In this document: piece after piece, positions 41,031 to 51,110 of the stretch
Position numbering within the stretch: the stretch's first letter is position 1
Layout of the letters: each line of letters opens with the position of its first letter
Assembly (NCBI GenBank): GCA_963781585.1
Contig: CAWAGQ010000005.1
Span: 64,001 to 128,000 of the forward strand
Direction: 5' to 3'
Length of the DNA: 64,000 nt
From: an uncultured Gemmatimonadaceae bacterium
GTDB taxonomy: Bacteria; Gemmatimonadota; Gemmatimonadetes; Gemmatimonadales; Gemmatimonadaceae
Position numbers and translations under genes: made by a program
The notes under the pieces: model-generated
What the model was told of the DNA's origin: nothing
Database searches by the model: none
Seen by the model: the letters and a program-made list of their open reading frames with translations, nothing else

Positions 41031-41209
41031 CCTTGGCCTTTGACCTTTGGCCTCTGGCCTTTGACCTTTGGCCTTTGGCCCTTGGCCCTTGGCCCTTGGC
41101 CTCTGGCCTTTGACCTTTGGCCTTTGACCTTTGGCCTTTGGCCCTTGGCCTTTGACCTTTGGCCTTTGGCCCTTGGCCCTTGGCCTCTGGCCTCTGGCCT
41201 TTGACCTTT
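41031..41209 (+). repeat. heptamer tandem array (CCTTTGR/CCTCTGG/CCCTTGG), about 25 units
   Basis: Same unit family as 37603-37843. A short complementary run GGCCACAGGCCAAAA lies at about 40941. Confidence 0.92.
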
Positions 41210-41276
41210 CAGTTCTATTGACTCCCTTCCCCGGGCAGGCTAGCGTCGTCCTGGCACTGGCCCCGTAGGTGTTGTC

Positions 41277-43151
41277 ATGAGTCGAAATCCCTGGACCGCC
41301 CTGGCAGGCCGCTGCGCGCTCGTCGTCGCCTCGGGACTTCTCATCGCCAGTCGCCCGCTGCCGGCGCAGATCGTCACCGGGACGGTCACCGATGCCCAGT
41401 CGGGCGCACCGGTGCGGGGCGCCGTCGTGACGCTCACCGCGCGCGCGGGGAACGGCAGTGTGCGACGCACCGTCAGCGACCCGGCCGGGACGTTCGCCCT
41501 CGGCGCTCCCGCCCCCGGATCGTACACCCTGGACGTGCGCGCCATCGGCTTCACCCCCTGGATCGACAGCACCGTGACGTTAGGCGCGGGCGAATCGCGC
41601 GTCGAACAGGTCGCCCTCAAGCCGTTCACCGTCCGGTTGGCGACCGTCCGTGTGCAGGGGCGCAGTGCCTGTCGCCGGTCCGGCGATCTCGATGTGGTCA
41701 CCACCGAGGTCTGGGACAACGTGTGGGCGGCGCTGGCATCCACCGAAATCGCGCACGCGCAGCAGGTGCAGGCCGACGTCTTCATGTACACCCGGGAGTT
41801 CGACGCCGAGTCGGGCGTGGTGCTCTCCGAGGACCACAACACCATTCAGGTGCGGGATGAGCGTCCGTTCCGCACCGCGCCGCCGGCCGAGCTTGCCCGG
41901 TACGGCTACTGGCGCCAGACCGTCGGCGGGCAGATCAACTACTACGGGCCCGACGCGCAGGTGCTGATGTCCCCGGAGTTCCTGGCCAGCCACTGCTTCT
42001 CGCTCGTCCGGGACGACAGCGCCGCCGCTCCCCGCATCGGACTCACCTTCCGGCCCAGCCGGGGCAACGCCAACGACGTGGAAGGAGTGCTCTGGATCGA
42101 TGCGCTCAGCGGCGAGTTGCGCGATCTCGAGTATGCCTACACCGGCCTTCCGCCTCTGCGTGGACGCCGCGCCGAGGGGCAGATCTCGTTCTCGCGCCTG
42201 CCCAACGGTGTCTGGGTGGACGATCGCTGGCTGATTCGCCATCCGCTGCAGCCGGGCGACGGATCCAGGCCGTCTCGTGACGCCCGCTCGCTGGAGATGC
42301 GGGAGGGGGGCGGCTTCGTGCTGACCAGCTTGTCGAGGGAGAACTATTTCGTCACCGCCGTGGGGCACATCCGGGATGGCGTGAACCAGCCGGCTCGCGG
42401 CGCGACGGTGGAGGTCATCGGAACGGACAAGCACGTGCTGGTGGATGAGGAGGGGGCATTCCGCATCGATACGATTCTGGAGGGCACGTACGAGATCCGC
42501 GTGATGCGTGCGGGCTCGGCGGAGGCTGGCGGCTTCGTCCAGCTGGGCACGGTCCCCTTCGAGGCGGGTGGCGCCACGCGTGTGGACGTCCGCGTTCCGG
42601 AGGTCGGACGCATGGTGGCGGACCTCTGTGAGGGAAAGACGCGACCCGATGGCGTTGCGCTCTACGGTGTGCTGCGCGACATCCATTCCGGTCGACCGGT
42701 CGCCAACTACGGCATGGAGGTCGGGTGGTCAACGCTCCTCGATTCGTCGGCCGGTACGCCGGTGCGGCGTCGCGCCGGCGGCGCCACCGTGACGTCCGAT
42801 TGGCGCGGTGCCTTCCTCGTGTGCAACGTCACGCCGGGAAGTGACGTGCGCTTCCGCGCCGCGCGCGCGAAGGACGAGGACTGGAGCCAGTTCCTCCCGG
42901 CAGGCTCGCACCTGTTCGCCATCGAGATCGCGGTGGACACCGCCGCGAAGGGCTCGGCGGGCAGGGGGACTTCAGCCGATCCAGACGCTCGGCGAGATCC
43001 TACCGAAGACCAGGCCGTGGAAATAGAACGGCCCCGGCACCTGCCGGGGCCGCCGCCTGACGAGTCATCCCCTCCGGTCAGGGAGAGCCGGGTGGCCGTC
43101 CCGGGCGACCTCCCTATCCCGGCCCGGCGCCGAACCCGCGGCCATTCTTGA
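41277..43151 (+). CDS. carboxypeptidase-regulatory-like domain protein, secreted
   Basis: Signal peptide, VTGTVTDAQSGAPVRGAVV...YTLDVRAIGF, a second similar domain. The C-terminal tail may be read-through. Confidence 0.8.
   Translation: MSRNPWTALAGRCALVVASGLLIASRPLPAQIVTGTVTDAQSGAPVRGAVVTLTARAGNGSVRRTVSDPAGTFALGAPAPGSYTLDVRAIGFTPWIDSTVTLGAGESRVEQVALKPFTVRLATVRVQGRSACRRSGDLDVVTTEVWDNVWAALASTEIAHAQQVQADVFMYTREFDAESGVVLSEDHNTIQVRDERPFRTAPPAELARYGYWRQTVGGQINYYGPDAQVLMSPEFLASHCFSLVRDDSAAAPRIGLTFRPSRGNANDVEGVLWIDALSGELRDLEYAYTGLPPLRGRRAEGQISFSRLPNGVWVDDRWLIRHPLQPGDGSRPSRDARSLEMREGGGFVLTSLSRENYFVTAVGHIRDGVNQPARGATVEVIGTDKHVLVDEEGAFRIDTILEGTYEIRVMRAGSAEAGGFVQLGTVPFEAGGATRVDVRVPEVGRMVADLCEGKTRPDGVALYGVLRDIHSGRPVANYGMEVGWSTLLDSSAGTPVRRRAGGATVTSDWRGAFLVCNVTPGSDVRFRAARAKDEDWSQFLPAGSHLFAIEIAVDTAAKGSAGRGTSADPDARRDPTEDQAVEIERPRHLPGPPPDESSPPVRESRVAVPGDLPIPARRRTRGHS
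43021..43052 (-). terminator. putative intrinsic terminator for the TonB receptor gene
   Basis: CGGCCCCGGCA-CC-TGCCGGGGCCG stem followed by TTCTATTT on the minus strand. Confidence 0.55.
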
Positions 43152-46100
43152 CCCGGTTGGGCACTTTCGCCCACTGGTCGGTCGTGAGGATCGCCTGCGC
43201 CTGCTTCAGGGCGTCCTGCTGATTCTTCTGGAGCTTGTCCAGCTGGGGCCGGAGCTTCGGCATCAGCGCCGCCATATCCGGGTTCGCCCCGGCGTTCGCC
43301 ACCTGCTTCTGCACGTCCTGACCAAGCACGGTGTTCTTCGCATTCAGTGAGTCCGCGATCACCTGCAGCTTCGCGACCTGATCATCGCTGAGCTTGAGGG
43401 TGTCCTTCATCTGAATGATGGAATTTACCGGATTCACGTTCGCCAGCGCCGTCGCGAATCCAGCGGGACCTCCGCCTCCGGGACCGCCACCGCCACCACG
43501 CCCGCCACGGCCGCCGAACGCCGCGCCGCGAACGGCGTCGATCGCGTCACGGACGCGGTCGGGGCCGAGCGTGTAGCGTGCGTTGATGCCCACCTGGAAC
43601 GGGATCTGGATGCCGTTCTGCCCCTGCCGCGACGAACCGAAGCGCTCGTTGACCTGATAGATGTAGCTCTGCGACGACGGATCGAAGCCACGCACGTAGA
43701 GCAGCGTGTTGTCCTCGCCGCGGAACGAGCCCCAGCCATGCAGGCTGTTCTTGCCGTGGAGGAGCTGGTCCATGCCGCCCAGGAAATTCTGGGTCACCAC
43801 CGACACCATCAGGCGACGGTTCAGTCCAAGCACCGCCGGGCGCCAGTTGAGCTGGAACTCCAGGCTGGTCTGCCACGGTCCGCGGCACGAGTTGCGCTCG
43901 GCGATGGTGCCGAGGTTCCTGCTCAGGCACTCCCGCACCCCCGGCGACGTGCCGGCGAGCAGGCGCTCCATGCCGCTGGCGACCGCGGTATCGCCGACGC
44001 TGGACGGGTTGAACAGGAACGCCCGGTCGTTTCGTGCGCCGTCACCGTTGATGTCCGCACTCACCATCGGTGTGAACGGCGATCCCGACGACAGCCGTCC
44101 CACGGCAGTCACTTCCATGCCGAGGTTGATCGGATAGGTGATCGATCCGGTGATCGAGTGGCGGCGATCGAAGTTGCTCACGGCCCACTCGTGCACATTG
44201 GGGTCGCCGGCGGTGGTGGCCGACGAGAAGCCTCCGCCGCCCGAGGAGAAGCCGCCACCGGTGTTGCGCCCGAAGCCTCCGCCGCCGAATCCGCCGCCCG
44301 AGGACTGGTCACGCGAAAAGCCGAGCGTGTAACCCAGGTTGAAGATCGCGCCCCGGGTGGTGATGCCGTTCAGCGAAAGCGACAGCTGCTTCGATTCCGA
44401 TCCGAGGTTGGAACTCGTCAGCAGCACCTGACTGAAGTTCGGATTGAGTCGCGAGGCGAGGAGGTTGGTGGTGCCGCTGGTGGGCACGATCGAGGCCGGG
44501 TCGGCATACACCGGCCGCCCGTCCTCCGCCGCCAGATTGAACTGCGGGGTCTCGCGCAGATTGAGGTCGCGATATCCGGTCTGGGCCACCCCGCGCGAGT
44601 AGCTGAGGTCGGCGCTGAACGAATAGCGCTCGAAGAACCGGCGCTGGGCACCTAACGAGGCGCGCCATGCGCGGGGCGCCTGGAAGTTCTTGTCGAACAG
44701 CGTGACGTTGGGCACGCCGGTGGGAGAGTAGAGGTTCCCGCCGCCGACGCACTCGGTGGGAATGCTCGACGGGTCGAGCTCGAACGCCGACCAGTCCGGT
44801 TGCGGGACGTAGGCGCCGGTGCACACCAGCTGCGCTTCCGAATTGGCGAGGCCGGTTGCCGCCGCCGCCGCCGAAAACAGGTTGGAGCTCACCGTGCTGC
44901 GGAATTCACCGATTCCACCGCGCAGGATGAGCGGATTGCTCCCGCCACCGCGACCGCCGAATCCGCCACCGAATCCGCCCCCGCCGCGACCACCAAATCC
45001 GCCGCCGCCGCGACCGCCGAAGCCGCCCCCACCACCCGCCCCTCCACGACCGCCACCGTCCGCGCCACCCGGGCCGCCACCCGACGAACCGAGCGTCATC
45101 GTGAATCCCACCCGCGGACTGACGTGCACCTCCTTCGGCAGGAAGTCGGTGCGGTGTCCGAACGCCTGCTCCACCGCCGGATTCTCCCTGGGCGCATTGC
45201 CGAAACGTCCCCCCTCCAACCGGCCGCCGTAGGTGACCTGCAGAGACCGCGAGACCCGCCAGACATCTCCGAGATAGAGCCCCGCATTGATCTGCGACCC
45301 CTGTCGCACGTTAGGCTGCAGCGTCCGGGTGAAGCTCGTCGCCTGGCCGGCGTCGAAGTCCGCCAGCGAGTTGAACATGTAGGTCCCGAACCGGTTCGAC
45401 GTCACGTCCTGCTTGAACGTCTGCTGGTTGAGCAGCCCGCCCAGCTTGAACCGGTGTCCCGGCGTGAGCCAGGAGACTTCGTCGGTGGCCTCGAATCCGG
45501 TGCTGCGTCCGTTCTGCGGCAGGCCGGTGTTCCCGCCGAAGGTGAGGGTGGACACCGCGCGCGTGGCGTCGCTGGTCAGGTCGGAGGCGACCTGGACGCG
45601 GCCGGCCGGCAACGTGAGGAACGCTCCCTGGTTCCGCTGGCTGCCGGAGTAGTACGCCTTCAGCTCGTTGATGTACTTGCCGGCGAAGATTGACGTATAC
45701 GTGGCCATCATCCCGGCACCCCGGTTCTTCGACGTCCCGCCTGTCTGCGGCAGAGACAGCGTCCCCACCCGCGCCGGATCCTGGTCACTCCAGTTCCAGT
45801 CCCATCGCAGCGACAACGAATGCCCATTGGGCATCAGCCAATCCGAGCGGACCAGTCCGGAGAGGTTATTCGACGTGCGGTTGGGATCGAAATACGACCC
45901 CGCCTTCATGCCATTCTGCGCCGCGATGCTGAAGAAGCGCGCTACCGAATCGGAGCTCACCCCGAAGCGCGACAGCGTGGTGGCATCGGCATTGTACAGG
46001 GACGGAAGAATGTCCTGGCGCTGGCGAAGCTGGAGCGACCCGAACGCGAACAGGTTGTCCTGCACGATGGCCCGGCCGAACCCGCCGGACAGCTGGTTCT

Positions 46101-46950
46101 GCGTGTAGCCCTGTGACAGCGGCGACACATCCTCGCCGCTGATCACGAGCTGATCGTCGCGGAGCTGGTAGGAGAAGTTCCCCTGGGGCCGATTGGTGCC
46201 CGACCGCGTCGTCGACGCGATCAGACCGCCCGAAAACTGCCCGCGGGTGACATCGTAGGTGCTGGTGATCACCCGGGTGCTGCGGGTGGCCTCGGACGGC
46301 ACCTCGGTGGTGCCGAAGCTCACGCCATCCAGCGTGATGGCGTTCGCCTCGGGGCGCTGCCCGGCCACCGAGAACCCCGCCGCTGTGGTGTCGGACCCGG
46401 TGATCGCCACCACGTTAGGCGACAGGAGCGCCAGGTTCAGCAGGTCACTGGCATCCACCGGGAGCCGGGCCGCCTGGTCGGGCGTAAACGCCCGCTCGAT
46501 CGACCCCGGCGTGGGGAGATCACCACCGCGCGGGAGTGGCTGCCGTGCCTGGACATTGACGCCCTGCAGCGTGGTCGCGTTCATCGACAGCACCGCGTCG
46601 GCCACCAGCCGGTCCTCGTCGGCGATCCGCGTGAGCCGCTGGGCGTTTGGCGCGAGACCGATCTGGCGGATCACCACCTGGTAGTCGCCGCCACCGTCCG
46701 GGAACAGGATCGTGTATCGGCCCTGCGCGTTCGTGCGAGCGCGCCGCGTCACGCTGGTCTCGAGCGACGTGACCTCGACGGTCGCGCCCTCGATCGGGGC
46801 GCCGTTCTCCGCCTTGACGGTCCCGGTGATGATGTCGGTGGTGACGCCGATCTGCGCGCGCGCCACGGCGGGTGCAGTGAGAAACAGCGCGAACACGAAT
46901 GCAATGCGGTGCCAGCGTCGAGCGCCAGGCGCCAGGGCACGAAGTGGCAC
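43114..46950 (-). CDS. TonB-dependent receptor (Oar-like) with an N-terminal carboxypeptidase-regulatory domain and a helical C-terminal extension
   Basis: Signal peptide ARA-Q, ITGTVKAENGAPIEGATV, plug NAITLDG...YDVTRGQFSGG, DINGDGARND. Confidence 0.88.
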   Translation of the reverse strand: MPLRALAPGARRWHRIAFVFALFLTAPAVARAQIGVTTDIITGTVKAENGAPIEGATVEVTSLETSVTRRARTNAQGRYTILFPDGGGDYQVVIRQIGLAPNAQRLTRIADEDRLVADAVLSMNATTLQGVNVQARQPLPRGGDLPTPGSIERAFTPDQAARLPVDASDLLNLALLSPNVVAITGSDTTAAGFSVAGQRPEANAITLDGVSFGTTEVPSEATRSTRVITSTYDVTRGQFSGGLIASTTRSGTNRPQGNFSYQLRDDQLVISGEDVSPLSQGYTQNQLSGGFGRAIVQDNLFAFGSLQLRQRQDILPSLYNADATTLSRFGVSSDSVARFFSIAAQNGMKAGSYFDPNRTSNNLSGLVRSDWLMPNGHSLSLRWDWNWSDQDPARVGTLSLPQTGGTSKNRGAGMMATYTSIFAGKYINELKAYYSGSQRNQGAFLTLPAGRVQVASDLTSDATRAVSTLTFGGNTGLPQNGRSTGFEATDEVSWLTPGHRFKLGGLLNQQTFKQDVTSNRFGTYMFNSLADFDAGQATSFTRTLQPNVRQGSQINAGLYLGDVWRVSRSLQVTYGGRLEGGRFGNAPRENPAVEQAFGHRTDFLPKEVHVSPRVGFTMTLGSSGGGPGGADGGGRGGAGGGGGFGGRGGGGFGGRGGGGFGGGFGGRGGGSNPLILRGGIGEFRSTVSSNLFSAAAAATGLANSEAQLVCTGAYVPQPDWSAFELDPSSIPTECVGGGNLYSPTGVPNVTLFDKNFQAPRAWRASLGAQRRFFERYSFSADLSYSRGVAQTGYRDLNLRETPQFNLAAEDGRPVYADPASIVPTSGTTNLLASRLNPNFSQVLLTSSNLGSESKQLSLSLNGITTRGAIFNLGYTLGFSRDQSSGGGFGGGGFGRNTGGGFSSGGGGFSSATTAGDPNVHEWAVSNFDRRHSITGSITYPINLGMEVTAVGRLSSGSPFTPMVSADINGDGARNDRAFLFNPSSVGDTAVASGMERLLAGTSPGVRECLSRNLGTIAERNSCRGPWQTSLEFQLNWRPAVLGLNRRLMVSVVTQNFLGGMDQLLHGKNSLHGWGSFRGEDNTLLYVRGFDPSSQSYIYQVNERFGSSRQGQNGIQIPFQVGINARYTLGPDRVRDAIDAVRGAAFGGRGGRGGGGGPGGGGPAGFATALANVNPVNSIIQMKDTLKLSDDQVAKLQVIADSLNAKNTVLGQDVQKQVANAGANPDMAALMPKLRPQLDKLQKNQQDALKQAQAILTTDQWAKVPNRVKNGRGFGAGPG

Positions 46951-46989
46951 TGAGGAACTCCTCTAAGCCGAAGGGGGCCAGCAGGTTCT

Positions 46990-47018
46990 TAGACGCGCAG
47001 CCGGCACAGGACGTTAAA
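46990..47018 (-). promoter_or_regulatory. ECF-sigma-type promoter
   Basis: Minus strand TTTAAC-N17-CGTCTA, about 40 nt upstream of the receptor start. Confidence 0.55.
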
Positions 47019-47374
47019 CGTGTTCCGACGGCAACTCGCTGCGTGGCTGTCCCCTGGGTCACCCGAAGTGCAGTCCGACGCCCGGGACGCCGCAGTCGCC
47101 GCCCCCCTCACAGTCGCGCGCCAACGCCCTGCGCCCGGCACGCCCGTTGCGCAGCCGCAGGCACCCCATGGGGTTGGAGGAAAGATTCGGGTCCGTGACT
47201 GTTTGACAGGCCCCTGTCAGGTCGGCGATGCATTCTCCATGTCGCGCCCGCGAGCGCGAGTGGCCGGCGCCGCCGGCGCTCATACCGACCGCCAGCAGCG
47301 CTCAGGCGTGCCAGTTCGGTCCTCGGCGCGCTCCCCCTCAGCGCTGGACAGATCCACGAATCGCGACAGACCAC

Positions 47375-48589
47375 ATGCTGCTTGCCGAGATCATCGTCGT
47401 TGCCCTCGCCGCACTCCGCGCGAACAAGCTCCGCTCGCTGCTCACCATGCTCGGGATCATGATCGGCGTCGGCTCGGTGATCACCATGGTCGCGCTCGGG
47501 AACGGGGCCGAGCGATCGGTGCGCGACCGGATCCAGCGCCTCGGAACGACCATCATCCAGATCGATCCGCGACGGGTGCGGCAGGGTGGAATCGGCACCG
47601 CCGACCCCGCACGCCTGACGACGAAGGACGTCGACATGATCCTCGAGCGGGCGCCGAACGTGGTTGGGGTGAACTACACGCAGGACCGGACCCTCCATGT
47701 GGTGTGGGGCGCCCACAATGCGAGCGTGCAGGTGACCGGGAGCAACGCGAACTTCCTTGCGGTTCGCGGATTCAAGCTCGCCTACGGGCGGATGTTCACG
47801 GAACTGGAGGATCATCAGAAGCGGCGGGTGGCGGTCATCGGCGCGGGGGTGCTGCCCTACCTCACCGGGGACGACGGCGCCGGCCTGGTTGGAGAGCAGA
47901 TCCGCATCTCGGGCCGCGCATTCATCGTGGTCGGCGTGCTGCAGGACCGGGGTGTGACCGGTGTCGGTGACGCTGACGAGCAGATCCTGATTCCCTACGA
48001 AACCGGTCGCTTCGAGGTGTTCGGGCAAAACCGCATCGACGACATCTGGGCCCGCGCGGTGTCCGAAGACTCACTGATGCGCGCGATGGCCGAGATCCAG
48101 TCCGCATTGCGTCGATCCCAGAGGCTGCGCCCGGGGAGCCCCGACAACTTCAATATGCGCAATCAGGCCGACTTCCTGGTCGCCCTGAGCGAGACCACCG
48201 CCGTGTTCACCCTGCTGCTGGCGGGCATCGCCGCGGTGAGCCTGCTGGTGGGCGGGATCGGAATCATGAACATCATGCTCGTCTCCGTTACGGAGCGCAC
48301 GCGCGAGATCGGCGTTCGGAAGGCCCTGGGCGCCACCCGCTCGAACATCCTCCTGCAGTTCCTGGCGGAGGCTGTGGTACTCTGTCTGCTCGGCGGGGCC
48401 ATCGGCATCGCGGTGGGTGTCGGTGCATCGCAGGCGTCGCAGCGCACCATGGGGTGGAATACGGCGGTCGACCCCTGGTCGGTCGCGGTGGCATTCGGAT
48501 TCGCGAGCGCGATCGGACTCGTGTTCGGCATCTGGCCGGCGCGGCGGGCTGCGCGCCTCGATCCGGTCGAGGCACTGAGGTACGAGTGA
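47375..48589 (+). CDS. MacB/FtsX-family ABC permease (single unit)
   Basis: LRANKLRSLLTMLGIMIGVGSVI, GGIGIMNIMLVSVTERTREIGVRKALGA, LDPVEALRYE. Confidence 0.93.
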   Translation: MLLAEIIVVALAALRANKLRSLLTMLGIMIGVGSVITMVALGNGAERSVRDRIQRLGTTIIQIDPRRVRQGGIGTADPARLTTKDVDMILERAPNVVGVNYTQDRTLHVVWGAHNASVQVTGSNANFLAVRGFKLAYGRMFTELEDHQKRRVAVIGAGVLPYLTGDDGAGLVGEQIRISGRAFIVVGVLQDRGVTGVGDADEQILIPYETGRFEVFGQNRIDDIWARAVSEDSLMRAMAEIQSALRRSQRLRPGSPDNFNMRNQADFLVALSETTAVFTLLLAGIAAVSLLVGGIGIMNIMLVSVTERTREIGVRKALGATRSNILLQFLAEAVVLCLLGGAIGIAVGVGASQASQRTMGWNTAVDPWSVAVAFGFASAIGLVFGIWPARRAARLDPVEALRYE

Positions 48590-48591
48590 AG

Positions 48592-48650
48592 GAGGCCAGA
48601 GGCCAGAGAGGAGACGCTCATGTGGCGTATGGCCTCTGGCCTATGGCCTC
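48592..48650. repeat. inverted heptamer repeats between convergent genes, terminator-like
   Basis: GAGGCCAGAGGCCA pairs with TGGCCTCTGGCCTA. Units belong to the CCTCTGG family. Confidence 0.6.
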
Positions 48651-50740
48651 TCTCCGCTCCCCACCGCCACCCGCAACCCCACCCACACCGTCCGGCCGGG
48701 CCCCGGCTCGAAGAACCGCCCGTTCGACGCGTTCGACACCACGTTCGCGGCATACGTCCGGTCGAAGACGTTGTCGACGCCGATCACGGGCTGTGCCCCG
48801 AGTCTCCGCACATCGAGCATGACCCTGGTGTTGACGAGGGTGTAGGCGGCGGCGTAGTTGGCATTCGCATCGTCGGCCGGCTGCCGCGCGGCGTGCTGCA
48901 GCTCCACGGCGACCAGGCCCCACGCCGGCCGCGCGTTGGCATACGCGGTCCAGGTGGACGGCGCCACGCCCGGCACGTGGTTGTCGCGGTAGCTGGTGCC
49001 GCTGACGACGAAGTCTTCGTACGTATAGCGGAGCCAGCCTCCCGACACGCCTAACGAAAAGATGCCGCGGGCGGCGGCAAGACCGATCTCGGCGCCGCGG
49101 CGTGCGGTGCGCCCGGCGTTCCGATAGTAGCGGCGTCCGCTGCCATCGGGGACTTCGAACGGGATCAGTTCGTCGGTCGTGGTAACGCGATACAGCGCTA
49201 CATCATAGCTCAGCTGGCCGTGCCAGATGCCCTTGGCGCCCGCCTCGATGGTGCGTCCGTGCTGCGGCTTGAGCGTGCGATTGAGCCCACCGCTCCCGTC
49301 CGGTTGATTAGCCAGCTCGGTGGTCGTCGGCGTCTCGAACGACGAGGAGACATTCACGTAGACCGACGCCAGCCCCGCGACCCGCCAGTTGATCCCCGCC
49401 ATCGGCGTCACGTCGCTCAGCGTGCGCGACTGCTCGCCCGGCACACCGGTGGGGCGGTGGTCCAGTACGCCAAAGCGGGTCCGATCGCCCCGTACGGTCG
49501 CGGTGAGCGATAGCCGTTCGGTCGGGTCCACTTCGGCGCGGGCATAGGCTCCCAGCCCCAGGACCCGCTCGCGCTGATCCACCGTGATGCTGCCCTGATC
49601 GGACGTACCGGGGCAGGTGGCCGGCCGGGTCCCGGTGAGGCCGGCGCAGTTTGCGAAATTCTGCCGGTCGTCGTCCTGACTGAGCACGTCGATGCCTGCG
49701 GCAAGGCGTACCGGATGCCCGGCGGCGGTGAGATTATACTGACCGCGAGCCGCTCCGCCTAACGTCTTCCGGTCGAACGACACGATCGCGAAACTCTGGG
49801 GATTGTCGAGCGACCGCAGGCCGCCGTGCAGGTTGACGTTGAGGGAGCCGCGATCGCCGTCGTGAGACGCCTGGAGCGCCAGGATCGATTGCGTGACCGT
49901 CTTGCTCGCTCTCTTCCTCACGTTGGTGGGATCGGCGAGCGTGCGGTCGGAGGCCATCTCCGCCGCGGTGAGCGATCCCGGATTCTGCGCCAGCGGCGAA
50001 TCGAACCAGGTGACCTGGGCCAGGGACCGCGTGCCGCCGGCAGTCCATCGGGCGTCGGCGTTGGCGCTGGTATTCCGGAAGCGGGAATACGTGCGCGGCC
50101 CCTGGCCCTCGTTTCTCGTGGAGGTCGCCTGCATGCCCACCGCACCGGCGTGGCCACCCGCATACACCGACGCCCGTTTCACGCCGTCGGCGTAGAACGC
50201 GCGGACGCGCGCCTCGCCTCCGGAGTCGGGGGGCGGTGCGGTGCGGAAGTCCACCACGCCGCCTGACGAGTTGCCGTAGAGGGCACCGGCGCTGCCGCGA
50301 ATGACCTCGGCGGCGCCCACCGTCTCGAGGTCGAGATAGTCGACCGCGGTCTGACCGTCGGCGAGCGTGAGCGGGATGCCGTCGCGCAGGATGCGCACTC
50401 CGCGGATCCCGAACGCCGAGCGGGCGCCGAAGCCGCGGATGGCGAGCCGGGGATCCTGGGTGGGGTTGAACCGGTTGGCGACACTCACCCCGGGAACGAA
50501 CGCCAGCATTTCGGTGAGCGCGGCCCGCCTGGTCCCGGCGCGCGACGAGTCGATCGTCAGGCGCGTGAGGGCGAACGGCAGGTCGAACGTGGACCGGGCC
50601 GCGTCGCGGGTGACGGTGACGCGCACCGGCGTGATCCGGACGGCGGCGGAGTCCTGGCACTCCACCGGCGGTGCGTGCAGGACCAGCAGGAGCGAGACGA
50701 CCACGCCGGCAGCGCGGACTCGCGCGAATATGTCAGGCAC
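48641..50740 (-). CDS. TonB-dependent receptor (YncD-like)
   Basis: RLAIRGFGARSAFGIRGVRILRDGIPLTLADGQ, EVIRGSAGALYGN, FETPTTTEL, RFFEPGPGRT. Confidence 0.92.
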   Translation of the reverse strand: MPDIFARVRAAGVVVSLLLVLHAPPVECQDSAAVRITPVRVTVTRDAARSTFDLPFALTRLTIDSSRAGTRRAALTEMLAFVPGVSVANRFNPTQDPRLAIRGFGARSAFGIRGVRILRDGIPLTLADGQTAVDYLDLETVGAAEVIRGSAGALYGNSSGGVVDFRTAPPPDSGGEARVRAFYADGVKRASVYAGGHAGAVGMQATSTRNEGQGPRTYSRFRNTSANADARWTAGGTRSLAQVTWFDSPLAQNPGSLTAAEMASDRTLADPTNVRKRASKTVTQSILALQASHDGDRGSLNVNLHGGLRSLDNPQSFAIVSFDRKTLGGAARGQYNLTAAGHPVRLAAGIDVLSQDDDRQNFANCAGLTGTRPATCPGTSDQGSITVDQRERVLGLGAYARAEVDPTERLSLTATVRGDRTRFGVLDHRPTGVPGEQSRTLSDVTPMAGINWRVAGLASVYVNVSSSFETPTTTELANQPDGSGGLNRTLKPQHGRTIEAGAKGIWHGQLSYDVALYRVTTTDELIPFEVPDGSGRRYYRNAGRTARRGAEIGLAAARGIFSLGVSGGWLRYTYEDFVVSGTSYRDNHVPGVAPSTWTAYANARPAWGLVAVELQHAARQPADDANANYAAAYTLVNTRVMLDVRRLGAQPVIGVDNVFDRTYAANVVSNASNGRFFEPGPGRTVWVGLRVAVGSGERP

Positions 50741-50845
50741 GATGAGATATCGTCCGGATCAGGATTTGATGCGCCGCCACCATCGGCGTGACGGGGCGAC
50801 CCTCGGTTGCCCCGAACGGTGCACCGGTGAATCGGGTCACGGAAG

Positions 50846-50884
50846 ATGTTCTCTACGCATGTTCTCTACGCATGTTCTCTACGC
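50846..50884 (+). repeat. perfect 13-bp tandem repeat x3
   Basis: ATGTTCTCTACGC three times in a divergent intergenic region. Confidence 0.92.
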
Positions 50885-51110
50885 CTGCCGCACCGCGTCA
50901 CCACACGTCGAAACGCCGTTGTCGCTCCGCCGCAGGGGTACTCGCAACACCGTGCCCCGGTGCGCTTTGATCTCACGCCGCCGGGAATCTCCCGATACGT
51001 GGTGGGGGATTCCCCCGTGCGTTGCGGTGAAACCACCTGCAGCAAATCCGACGGCTTCGACGCGATCCGACTGACCCGTCCAAGCTGGCTGTTCCAGTCG
51101 GCGTCCCGCT

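Noticed and set aside
37603..41209. Repeat arrays as CRISPR
   Set aside because: Contiguous 7-nt units without unique spacers, and no cas genes.
43030..43151. Functional convergent overlap of the 41277 gene with the TonB receptor
   Set aside because: The tail looks like read-through across a terminator hairpin.
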